A stretch of 64,000 nucleotides of DNA from a bacterium (GTDB lineage Bacteria > Patescibacteriota > Patescibacteriia > Patescibacteriales > UBA12465), in the NCBI GenBank assembly GCA_035402825.1, contig DAONDZ010000002.1:1854-65853 (forward strand), read 5' to 3'. The notes under the pieces were generated by a model, which searched no databases, was not told the DNA's origin, and was given only the letters and a program-made list of their open reading frames with translations. Positions 33,678 to 42,422 of this stretch are shown in pieces. The position numbers and the translations under genes are program-made. The number at the start of each line of letters is the position of its first letter. Positions within the stretch are counted from its first letter, which is position 1.

Positions 33678-35780
33678 ATGTATACTAAAATCGCCCCGGT
33701 ATTAATTAACGCCGAGCAAAAAAACCACAGCGTGGTCCAGCTTTTTTTGGCTGAACCGACACCGCACGAAGAAAAATGGGCCGGCACTCTTTTCGCTCTC
33801 CTGGAAATTGAAACTAAAAAGAACCAGGCCCAAAGAGTGATTGATTTCATCATCGGCGCTTTAAACAGCCATTATTACCAAAATGAAAAAATCGCCCTGC
33901 GGGAAAAAATACCGACTCTCAAAATAGAAAATATTTTTGAAACCGCCCTAGTTAAGGTCAACCAGGATCTTTTAGATTTTCTGGCTCGAGAAAAAATAGA
34001 TTTAAACCCCCGGCAAATTAGCGCTACCATCGGCATCATCCACGAAAACCAGCTCCACTTTTCTAACATCGGCAAATCCCAAGCTCTGCTTCTCAACCAA
34101 GATGATACCGATCGCTATCATTTAATTAATGTGGAGAAGAATGAACATCGACCGCAAAAATACGCCGGCGAAACTTTGAGTTTCAAAAAGCTCTTCTCTT
34201 CCATCATCTCCGGCGAGATGCCGCCTAAATCATATTTCTTGTTTGCCAACGAAGCTTTGGCCGAATACCTCTTTAATCGCGAACTGATTGAAATCATCAC
34301 TAAATTGGCTCCGACCGGTGCCGCCGAACAGATTAAAAATACTTTAGGAAAAATTAATCCCTATGTTCCCTTTGCCGGTTTGATTATCAAAAATACCGTC
34401 CAAACGGAAACTGACAGTGTTTATACTTACAACCCTAATCATATCCAACCGACAGTTGAGGAAAGAACCCCGGTAGCAATTAATGAATCAGAAACGGAAA
34501 CAGAAAAAATAATGGCGGCCGACTCTCCGCTTAGTCCTCAAAAAATCTCCTGGCTTGGATCTTGCCTGCTCTGGCCCTTCCGTTTGATTGGCAAAACGTT
34601 CAACAAGCTCTTTGGTCTCTTCAAATTTAAATCTAAAGACAAGGCGGCCGAAGTTTTAGGCCTAGAGAATAAACCGCTGAAAGGCATGCGAATTCCAGGC
34701 AAAAAGAGAAAGACTATTAAAATCATTATTATCCTCTGCCTCTTGGCTTTATTAGTAAACCTAGGCGTTCAAAAACTTAACTTAAAAAGACAGGATAAAA
34801 GCCAGGAAGCTAAGCAATATGAGGAACAAATCTTGCAAAAAGAAAACCAAATAGAATCCTATTTGCTCTATAATGACGAAAAATCAGCCCAACAAGTATT
34901 AGCCGAATTAAAGACTTTAATTAATGGCATTCCGGAGCCGATCAAGGCTAAAATCAATAACTACAGTGAACTGCTCAACACCTATAATACTCAATTAGGG
35001 AAGTTAGAGCATGTGGACACCGTCCAGGCTCAGCCGGAATGGTTTAATTTCTCCGGTGTGAGCCCGGAAAATATCATCATCACCGGCAATCGCCTGTTAG
35101 CAGCCGATTCCGACACCAAGACTATTTATCAAATTGATTTAAATAGCCGCGCCTCTTCAACGCTAAATATTGCCGAAGCTGGCAATTTAAATAATTATGC
35201 AGTTTCCAAGAACGGCAATGCCTATTATGGTGATGGTCAGAAAATCTGGAAATGGGCCAACGGTCAAATTAGCACTACTACCATTGCCTTAACCGGCGAA
35301 CTCAGCGCTTTGGATACCTATAACAACAAGCTGTATATTTTAGATAAACCCAAAAGCCAAGTCTATCGCTACGCGCTAGACGACCAGAATAATTGGACCG
35401 GTGGCGAATCTCGCCTTAAAGGCTCTAATGATTTCTCAGCGGTAGTGTCTTGGTCAATTGATAACAGTACCACCCAGGGAGCTATTTATCTCCTCAAAAA
35501 TAATGGCCAGGCCTTGAAATATTTTGATGGCGCCAACCAAACTTTTTCTTTAGCCGCTATTGAACCGGCCCTCACTCAGGGCAATAAGATTAAGGTTGCC
35601 AAAAATATCTATGTTTTAGACAGCGCCAATAAACGAATTATCGTCTTCTCTAAAGATGGTAAGTTTATCAAACAATATCAGAGCGAACAATTCAATTCTC
35701 TAACCGATATGGCCCTAGATTCAGCAGAGAAAAATATCTACCTCTTAAACGGCCCGGTCATCTATCAAATCAAACTCTAA
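33678..35780 (+). CDS. Hypothetical membrane protein: N-terminal cytoplasmic domain, central TM, coiled coil, C-terminal NHL-like beta-propeller
   Basis: TM at IKIIIILCLLALLVNLGV. The C-terminus has repeated blades (KLYILDKPKSQVYRY, IYVLDSANKRIIVFSKDGKFIKQY, NIYLLNGPVIYQI). Any PP2C/SpoIIE-like resemblance in the N-terminal ~200 aa is weak. Confidence 0.45.
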   Translation: MYTKIAPVLINAEQKNHSVVQLFLAEPTPHEEKWAGTLFALLEIETKKNQAQRVIDFIIGALNSHYYQNEKIALREKIPTLKIENIFETALVKVNQDLLDFLAREKIDLNPRQISATIGIIHENQLHFSNIGKSQALLLNQDDTDRYHLINVEKNEHRPQKYAGETLSFKKLFSSIISGEMPPKSYFLFANEALAEYLFNRELIEIITKLAPTGAAEQIKNTLGKINPYVPFAGLIIKNTVQTETDSVYTYNPNHIQPTVEERTPVAINESETETEKIMAADSPLSPQKISWLGSCLLWPFRLIGKTFNKLFGLFKFKSKDKAAEVLGLENKPLKGMRIPGKKRKTIKIIIILCLLALLVNLGVQKLNLKRQDKSQEAKQYEEQILQKENQIESYLLYNDEKSAQQVLAELKTLINGIPEPIKAKINNYSELLNTYNTQLGKLEHVDTVQAQPEWFNFSGVSPENIIITGNRLLAADSDTKTIYQIDLNSRASSTLNIAEAGNLNNYAVSKNGNAYYGDGQKIWKWANGQISTTTIALTGELSALDTYNNKLYILDKPKSQVYRYALDDQNNWTGGESRLKGSNDFSAVVSWSIDNSTTQGAIYLLKNNGQALKYFDGANQTFSLAAIEPALTQGNKIKVAKNIYVLDSANKRIIVFSKDGKFIKQYQSEQFNSLTDMALDSAEKNIYLLNGPVIYQIKL

Positions 35781-35794
35781 AATTGAAAATAAAT

Positions 35795-35832
35795 AAAATA
35801 AAACAACGGGATTTCTCCCGTTGTTTTATTTT
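35795..35832. terminator. Strong bidirectional terminator between convergent genes
   Basis: Perfect 17-bp stem AAAATAAAACAACGGGA-tttc-TCCCGTTGTTTTATTTT. Confidence 0.8.
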
Positions 35833-35843
35833 GCAAAATTGAA

Positions 35844-36242
35844 TTATTTCAAAGTGACTTTAGCGCCAGCTTCTTCCAATTCTTTCTTGATCTTTTCAGC
35901 ATCTTCCTTCTTAACGCCTTCCTTAACCATCTTCGGAGCGGCATCAACCAAGTCTTTAGCTTCCTTCAAACCTAATTCAGTGATAGCGCGGACAGCTTTA
36001 ATGACATTGATTTTGTTGGCACCGGCATCAGTCAACTCCACATCGAAGGAAGTCTTTTCTTCAGCGGCAGCGGCACCAGCGGCAGCCGGAGCCATCATCA
36101 TGGCCGGAGCGGCAGCGGAAACACCAAACTTTTCTTCTAAGATTTTAACCAATTCGGCCAAATCTAGAACACTCATCTTTTCGATTTCCTCAACTAAAGA
36201 TTTAAATTTAGCCGGGATTTCAATAGTCTTGTTTTCTTCCAT
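35844..36242 (-). CDS. rplL: 50S ribosomal protein L7/L12
   Basis: N-terminal dimerisation helix, an Ala-rich hinge ([18 protein letters not shown]) and a C-terminal domain ([23 protein letters not shown]...[10 protein letters not shown]). Confidence 0.9.
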   Translation of the reverse strand: MEENKTIEIPAKFKSLVEEIEKMSVLDLAELVKILEEKFGVSAAAPAMMMAPAAAGAAAAEEKTSFDVELTDAGANKINVIKAVRAITELGLKEAKDLVDAAPKMVKEGVKKEDAEKIKKELEEAGAKVTLK

Positions 36243-36270
36243 ATTATTGGATTTAAAATTAATAAATTAA

Positions 36271-36801
36271 CTAGGCGGTCTTTTTATCGCCAATCGCTTT
36301 TAAGGTCGTCACCAATCCGCGTAAATTGCCGGCCAAGACATTAACGAAGCCGGAAATCGGAGCATTCATAGATCCCACCATCTGAGCGTATAATTCTAAG
36401 CGGCTCGGTAGTTTAGCTAAATTTTCCACCTGCTCCTTGGAGATATAACGACCTTCCAAGATACCACCGACAAAACCTAATTTATCCTCTTTGTCCTTGC
36501 GGAAATTATGGATAACTTTAGCCGGAGCGACTTCGTCGCCGTAGGAAAACACAGCTGCCACCTGCCCCTCAAACGCACGGGCACTTAGACCCTCAATCGG
36601 ATTATTCTTGAAAGCTAAATCTAATAAGGTCTTCTTGGCCACATAGTATTCTCCATTCTCGGCTCGCAATTTTTGGCGCAACTCTTCGTTCTCTTTAACG
36701 CCTAAACCTTTGAACTGAGCGAAGACTACGGATTTGGACCGTTTGATCTTGTCAGATAAGCCCGCTAGAACATCCCTTTTTTGTTCTTTGCTTTTGGGCA
36801 T
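36271..36801 (-). CDS. rplJ: 50S ribosomal protein L10
   Basis: Typical L10 sequence (SVVFAQFKGLGVKENEELRQKLR...), located immediately upstream of rplL. Confidence 0.9.
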   Translation of the reverse strand: MPKSKEQKRDVLAGLSDKIKRSKSVVFAQFKGLGVKENEELRQKLRAENGEYYVAKKTLLDLAFKNNPIEGLSARAFEGQVAAVFSYGDEVAPAKVIHNFRKDKEDKLGFVGGILEGRYISKEQVENLAKLPSRLELYAQMVGSMNAPISGFVNVLAGNLRGLVTTLKAIGDKKTA

Positions 36802-36920
36802 ATGTATTTGTTAAATAATAAAAAACTGCGTATTTACCGCAGACAAAAATAACCAAGAATGGTTTTTACCTCGGCAAGTCTTATTTTTATGCTTGCGGTC
36901 TGCGGTAATATTAAGTTATA
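36802..36920 (-). promoter_or_regulatory. rplJ (L10) leader with a long-range helix and a mutually exclusive terminator hairpin (attenuator)
   Basis: In the minus-strand RNA, TTACCGCAGAC (36908-36898) pairs with GTCTGCGGTAA (36844-36834). Alternatively, CTGCG (36842-36838)-gtaaata-CGCAG (36830-36826) forms a hairpin followed by TTTTTTATTATT. Confidence 0.5.
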
Positions 36921-36925
36921 AATCA

Positions 36926-36954
36926 ATTTTAGCTCAAAGCTGGCCGCCTGTCAA
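36926..36954 (-). promoter_or_regulatory. Promoter (TTGACA-17 nt-TAAAAT) of the rplJL operon
   Basis: The minus strand has TTGACA at 36954-36949 and TAAAAT at 36931-36926, directly after the tgt stop. Confidence 0.5.
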
Positions 36955-36956
36955 GG

Positions 36957-38045
36957 CTATTTCATAAGCGATTGATAAAACTCCAAATTGTTCAAACTGG
37001 CGATTCGGGAAGCCAAGGGGTCGCCTAATTTGAATAAATGGTGTAAATAAGCCCGAGAATGCCCTTTAACCAGGTTTAAATGGCTCTGAGCGTTAATTGG
37101 CTGCCAATTGGTACGATATTTGGAGTTATTGATATTAACCGCTTCATAGCCCTTAGATTTCTTGGATTTAAAAAACAACCGGCCATGACGCCCTTCCCGG
37201 GTAGGGATAACACAATCAAACAGGTCCCAGCCCATCTTTTGACAGCGCTTAATATCTTCCGGGGTGCCGACGCCGAGCGCAAACCGAATTTTATCAGCGG
37301 GAATAATATTGGCGGTAAACTTCAAGACTTGGCCCAAGAATTTTCCCTGGACATCCACTGGCCGGGCGCCGAAACCATAGCCATCAAAGCCAATTTCTAC
37401 CAGCCCCCGAGCACAACGCTCTCTTAAATCTAATTCAGCGCCACCTTGAATAACAGAAAAAATCAATGGCTTTTTCTTGCCGGTTAATTTTCTTTTCTGG
37501 CATTGCTTTTCATATTCTATCTTCGCCCGTTTCGCCCAGTTAATAGTCCGCTCCACTGCCTGTTCTAGCTGAATCCTAGAAAAATCATTGGGCGGACAAT
37601 CATCCAAACAAACCATCATATCCACGCCTAAATCAAATTGAATTTGAATTGACTTCTCCGGAGTCAAAACATGACGAGAGCCGTCCAAAGGAGATTTGAA
37701 AATAACTTCATCATCGGTAATCTTCCCCATCTGCGGATTCTTATGAATCAAAGAGAAAACCTGGAAGCCGCCGCTATCGGAAAGCAAGGGACCATCCCAG
37801 TTCATGAACTTATGCAATCCCCCGGCGGCTTTAATGATTTTCATTCCCGGTTGGAGATAAAGATGAAAGGTGTTTACCACCAAGGCTTTAGTGCCGGTAG
37901 CCAGAACTTCATCTTTGCTCAACAGTTTCACCAACCCGCGCGTAGCGTCCGGCATGAAAGCCGGGGTATGCAAAACACCGTGAGCGGTAGAAATCGCTCC
38001 GGTGCGCGCTTTAATTTGATGTTGATGATTAATAACTTTAAACAT
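36957..38045 (-). CDS. tgt: tRNA-guanine transglycosylase homolog (divergent; zinc site absent)
   Basis: HTPAFMPDATRG, LSDSGGFQVFSL, VCLDDCPP, LGVGTPEDI, LFDCVIPTREGRHG and SRAYLHHL are all Tgt blocks. The CxCxxC...H zinc ligands read S.L..V...N here. Confidence 0.85.
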   Translation of the reverse strand: MFKVINHQHQIKARTGAISTAHGVLHTPAFMPDATRGLVKLLSKDEVLATGTKALVVNTFHLYLQPGMKIIKAAGGLHKFMNWDGPLLSDSGGFQVFSLIHKNPQMGKITDDEVIFKSPLDGSRHVLTPEKSIQIQFDLGVDMMVCLDDCPPNDFSRIQLEQAVERTINWAKRAKIEYEKQCQKRKLTGKKKPLIFSVIQGGAELDLRERCARGLVEIGFDGYGFGARPVDVQGKFLGQVLKFTANIIPADKIRFALGVGTPEDIKRCQKMGWDLFDCVIPTREGRHGRLFFKSKKSKGYEAVNINNSKYRTNWQPINAQSHLNLVKGHSRAYLHHLFKLGDPLASRIASLNNLEFYQSLMK

Positions 38046-38049
38046 GTAA

Positions 38050-40002
38050 TTATTCCACCCGACCGTCGTTATTTAAACTGGCAATATCGTCATCCTCCAA
38101 ACGAGTAGTCTTGGCCTGGCTCTTTAAATTAATATTTTCCTGAGTGTCAACGTCCAGAGCACTGACTGCCGCTCCGTTAGAGATAACCATGATCTTATTT
38201 TGATCTTCATTGCGCGGTGTCAAACTGATATAGAAAGAGGCGGTCTGTTGATATTTATTATTTTCCCATTTATCAATTTGCCAAACTACGCGGCGAGAGT
38301 TGTTGTCATAATAGACGGAACCCAAACCAGTTTCTTCCCGACCCTCAAAATTAATGTAGGCCGGCAAAGGATATTCTACCTTAAGATTATTCAATTCATG
38401 TAAATTATTATCCAAACGCCACAGCACTTTAAAAGTAGTTTTTTCTCCAACTTTAGGCGGCAAAGGACCGGAACCGACCGGGACATTGTCTTCGTCGAAA
38501 TATCGAATTTGTTCGGCAAAACGCAAATCGCTGTTAATTTTGCTCACCACCACGTTGCTGCGATTATCAGTATTGCCTTCCTTAATTTCTCCGCCGCCCA
38601 CATTGAATTGGGCGTAGCTTCTAATCTGAAAATCTTTACCCAAATCAGATTCTTGAAAATTAGCGACATTGACACTAAAATCAATCCGGCCTTCTTTATC
38701 CGGCAAAAGTTCCTTTAGTTCCGGCACCTCATCTTTAGTCCAAATAATGGAGCCATTTCGTTTCTGGCCTTTATACTTATCTTTTAAGCTATTCCAATCT
38801 ACCATATCCCCTTCCACTACGGCCATGATTACGACATCCTTCAAAGAGCTTTGACCTCGGTTCACAAAGTTCAAAGAATAGTTCAAGGTGGAACCGAAAT
38901 TGACGGCCTGATCGCCCGGTTGATCATTTAAATTCAAAACCAAACTCAGAGTGCTGTTTAATACCTCCACGGACAAAGCTTGTTCCCAGACCAAATAATT
39001 CTTGCCATTAGCTAAAGCCTCCAAACGTAAATTAATCGGCTCTTGGTTGTCTACTTTTTCTTTAGCTCGGTATTTAATATCTAAATCTTGATTGGCATTA
39101 TTTTTATCAAATCCTTTAAGCCGCCAAGAATTATCACTTAATTTCTCCACTTGCAGAGTGGTCATATTATTAGCCGCTACTGGATTAACACTCAAAAGTT
39201 CAATATTAGGCGGCAACTTAACCACGAGATCCAAGCTTTCCGGCAAAATTTGATAGTTACTAAAGGTTAGGTTGATACGGCTTTCTTCGTTCAATAAGGC
39301 AGTAGAAGCTGATATCGCTTCCACCTTAAAACCTAAATCTTTGACGCTAACCACGGCTGAGGTTTCAGTCTTAAATTCCAAACTGAAACTTTGCCAACGA
39401 TAAGTGCCACTGGCTAATAATAGATTATCACTGCCAGCGACAGCCAGCATTTTGCCTTTTATCTTCAGACTGCCGGTTTGGTTAGCTCCTAAAGAACCGA
39501 TATCCCAAGAATTCTGATTCTGGCTGGGAGAAGGCAAACTTTCGGTGAAAACAAAATTATCCGGATAAGTTATTTCTATTTTAACTCCCTCTAAATTTGA
39601 TTGGCTGTTATTTTTATAATTAACCTCATAGAGCAGCTCTTCTCCGGTTTGAACCTGAGCGGGGGCATTAACGCTTAATTCCAAAAGATTACTGTTCTTG
39701 GGGCGATAATTAAAAAAATAGAAGTAAGCGCCATAAGCCAAAGCGCCCACCACTAAAGTGATAAGCAAAGCCCGGAAAAAGGCGCCGAACTTAGAACGAC
39801 CCCGGCCCCGATTGATTTTTTTAACATCAATTATCCGACCATTTTCGTCTTCATAAATTTCCAGGAGTTCATCATCAGTATCAGCCGAAAAGTCAGCCCG
39901 AGAAATAGTTTTTTCTTCGGGCAGCGGTTTCTCTACAAACTCAGTTTCCACCGGTTCTGCTTCTTCAATGTGCGGTTGGCGTACTTTTATTTTTTTAGGC
40001 AT
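38050..40002 (-). CDS. Membrane-anchored surface protein with Ig-like (CARDB/DUF11-like) repeats; paralog of 9734-11386
   Basis: Acidic N-terminus, TM (FGAFFRALLITLVVGALAYGAYFYFF), beta-rich repeats and the shared GPLPPKVG block. Confidence 0.5.
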   Translation of the reverse strand: MPKKIKVRQPHIEEAEPVETEFVEKPLPEEKTISRADFSADTDDELLEIYEDENGRIIDVKKINRGRGRSKFGAFFRALLITLVVGALAYGAYFYFFNYRPKNSNLLELSVNAPAQVQTGEELLYEVNYKNNSQSNLEGVKIEITYPDNFVFTESLPSPSQNQNSWDIGSLGANQTGSLKIKGKMLAVAGSDNLLLASGTYRWQSFSLEFKTETSAVVSVKDLGFKVEAISASTALLNEESRINLTFSNYQILPESLDLVVKLPPNIELLSVNPVAANNMTTLQVEKLSDNSWRLKGFDKNNANQDLDIKYRAKEKVDNQEPINLRLEALANGKNYLVWEQALSVEVLNSTLSLVLNLNDQPGDQAVNFGSTLNYSLNFVNRGQSSLKDVVIMAVVEGDMVDWNSLKDKYKGQKRNGSIIWTKDEVPELKELLPDKEGRIDFSVNVANFQESDLGKDFQIRSYAQFNVGGGEIKEGNTDNRSNVVVSKINSDLRFAEQIRYFDEDNVPVGSGPLPPKVGEKTTFKVLWRLDNNLHELNNLKVEYPLPAYINFEGREETGLGSVYYDNNSRRVVWQIDKWENNKYQQTASFYISLTPRNEDQNKIMVISNGAAVSALDVDTQENINLKSQAKTTRLEDDDIASLNNDGRVE

Positions 40003-40013
40003 ATTGATATAAA

Positions 40014-42422
40014 TTATTCTTTAAATAATAGATAATAATAATGATCACCCAATAAGGGTTGAGAGCTTCTGTTCTTCCCTTCCATTATACCTAAATCATT
40101 AGGATATTGCCAGGCAATTTGGTGGCGACTTTGATTGACTAAATTCCAATAAAAGCTCCGATTCAACGCTCCCGGCTGGCTTTGCACCAAGAGTGAATAG
40201 CGGTATTTATTTTCCTTCTTCCATAAAGACCGAATCTTATTCCAAAACCCGGAGACCGGGGCTTTTTTTAAAGCAAACGGCAATTCATAGCGCAAATTAA
40301 TTAGAGCAGTCTCTCCCGGATCAACTATGGACCAATTGGCAAAAACCGTCTTGCCGTCTTCGGAATATATTTTGGTATTACTGCGACTATCAATCTCCGC
40401 CGATACTTCATTTTCCTGGATAAAAGAATTGGTCTCCGCTGCAGCTATCGGCGTTTCAAAAGCTGCTGCATCCGGACTTTCAAAACCGCTGGCCGAAATC
40501 AATTTAGATCCTTGTGGTACATAAACCCGTAACCAATCTAAATTACGCAAGCCGGTGAATGGTTCGCCCTTCACTCCCTGATGAGCCCGACTAATGGTTA
40601 GATTAGCCTCTAGCTGACCGTTAGGAGATATCACTAATTCATAATCAATGTGCTCTTTAATCACCCGATCGGTCTTGCCGCCGCCGATATTGGTATCTAC
40701 CACCGAAAGATAATCATCGGGCGCCGCTTCAATCTTCCCGCCCCAAGAATTATCAACCACCTGCTTTTCCAGCTTGGGATCGGAGAAATATAATAAGATT
40801 TGTTTCTCATTTAAATTATCATTCATGATGCGCAAAAGCTCCGGTAAGGTTTGGCCGTTTAAGCGATTAGGAATGTCCGCCATCAGCTTGTCAAACAAAG
40901 CGCCAATAATCTTTTTTGGTTCTTTAATATCGGTTTCCTTGGCAATCTTTTCGTTTTTTTGTACTGTCTCCGGCAATTTCTGCCCCCAATTTGAACTGGT
41001 GGAATATAATTCCGGCTGACCGTTTTTTTCGATAATCGCCTGAGTAGTCGCCCAGAAATTATCAGCATCAATAGTGACCCCATAATCAGCTTGCAAATCA
41101 ACCGGGCCAAAAACTTTCAACAAATCCTCAATGACCGTCGGTGTCACCGCGATCACTCCGTCCACAGTCGGCCCATCGCTTTTTTCATAAAACCACATTA
41201 AGTTGCGGGCGCTTCTTTCCCAATCCGGCCACCAATTAGCGTCCCAAAAATACCACAGCGCCGATACTAAGCGCAAAGGTTCGGGAGCGGCCACTAAGGC
41301 GCGCATCCCCCCGGCCGTTTCATATGATCCGCCAGCAGGAATAGTTAAATTCTTGATGCGTCCCGATTTGACGTCCAGCAAGGCATAGCTGCCAATGAAT
41401 CCGCCACTGGCTCGCAATTCGTTGTTATTTTGAAAGACAAAAAGATAACGGCGATCTTGACTGCCCCCTAAAAAATTATTAGCTTGATCGGTAAAATTAA
41501 CTAACTCAGTTAAGGCCTTAGACAGGTTCTGACTTTGTTCCTGAAGACTGATTAGAGTGTCTTGATATTCAGTCGGAAAACGCTTAACCTTTAGGCTGCT
41601 TAAAGTATGATTTAGTTTATCCACTTTCTCTTGAGCTAATTTTGCCCCCTCACCAAACTTATCAATCACCTCAATTAAAGACTTAGATTCTCCGATATTG
41701 CTTTGAGATAATGATTGCCAAAGTCCAGCCAAGCTTTCGCCCAATTCAGCGGTTTGCAAACCGATTTGAGCTATCTTCTTGCCTTCGCTAGCCAGTTTCA
41801 CTTCCGGGTTAGAAGACAAGGAGCTTAAAGCTAAAGCCAGTTCATCTACTTGGTTAAAATCATCTTCAATCTGACGGAAACTGTCAGCAGCGCCGGCAAA
41901 ACTCTTCCCTGCGGCCGCAATATCACCCTGACCGACTTTCTGAGAAGCGGTGAGCATCGCAGTCAAAGCATCTTTGGATTGAGATAATAAATCAGCTCGA
42001 AAGCCATTGGGCTGAGCTAAATAATAATAACTGATTAATTTAAAAGGAATCGCCAACAAAAGCAAAATAAGAGCAAAGTATAAAAAATAACGCCAAGTGA
42101 TTCGATCCTTCTTCCCTGACCACAAACTTTCTTCGCGCCGCAGCAAATTAAAACGAGTTTCAGGAAATAAGGTTGGCTGTTTTTTCTGACGGAAGTGGGA
42201 CCAAGTAATCTTAATTTTTTTTAAAATCCGGCGCCACAGAGATTCTCCGGGTTCAGTCGGCCGCTTCTTTTCCGGACGCATAAAATTAGGGCCAGAAGAT
42301 TTCTGACGACGCTTGGGATGAGCGGCAGCGGTAATTTCCGGCCGCAGATCAACCAAAAAATTAGAGCCGCGCGCTAAATTCTTAGCTGAGTTTAATTTTA
42401 CCCTAACTTGTTTTTTGGCCAT
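40014..42422 (-). CDS. DUF4012-like membrane-anchored protein; paralog of 31036-32967
   Basis: Basic N-terminus, TM, a helical region, then LRASGGFIGSYALLDVKSGRI, DWERSARNLMW, DGVIAVTPTVIEDLL, YLSVVDTNIGGGKTDRVI and RVYVPQGSKLI. Confidence 0.7.
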   Translation of the reverse strand: MAKKQVRVKLNSAKNLARGSNFLVDLRPEITAAAHPKRRQKSSGPNFMRPEKKRPTEPGESLWRRILKKIKITWSHFRQKKQPTLFPETRFNLLRREESLWSGKKDRITWRYFLYFALILLLLAIPFKLISYYYLAQPNGFRADLLSQSKDALTAMLTASQKVGQGDIAAAGKSFAGAADSFRQIEDDFNQVDELALALSSLSSNPEVKLASEGKKIAQIGLQTAELGESLAGLWQSLSQSNIGESKSLIEVIDKFGEGAKLAQEKVDKLNHTLSSLKVKRFPTEYQDTLISLQEQSQNLSKALTELVNFTDQANNFLGGSQDRRYLFVFQNNNELRASGGFIGSYALLDVKSGRIKNLTIPAGGSYETAGGMRALVAAPEPLRLVSALWYFWDANWWPDWERSARNLMWFYEKSDGPTVDGVIAVTPTVIEDLLKVFGPVDLQADYGVTIDADNFWATTQAIIEKNGQPELYSTSSNWGQKLPETVQKNEKIAKETDIKEPKKIIGALFDKLMADIPNRLNGQTLPELLRIMNDNLNEKQILLYFSDPKLEKQVVDNSWGGKIEAAPDDYLSVVDTNIGGGKTDRVIKEHIDYELVISPNGQLEANLTISRAHQGVKGEPFTGLRNLDWLRVYVPQGSKLISASGFESPDAAAFETPIAAAETNSFIQENEVSAEIDSRSNTKIYSEDGKTVFANWSIVDPGETALINLRYELPFALKKAPVSGFWNKIRSLWKKENKYRYSLLVQSQPGALNRSFYWNLVNQSRHQIAWQYPNDLGIMEGKNRSSQPLLGDHYYYLLFKE

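Noticed and set aside
35821-36270. 149-aa Ala-rich plus-strand ORF covering the rplL locus
   Set aside because: It is the antisense reading of the Ala/Lys/Glu-rich rplL gene and has low-complexity composition. rplL on the minus strand is unambiguous.
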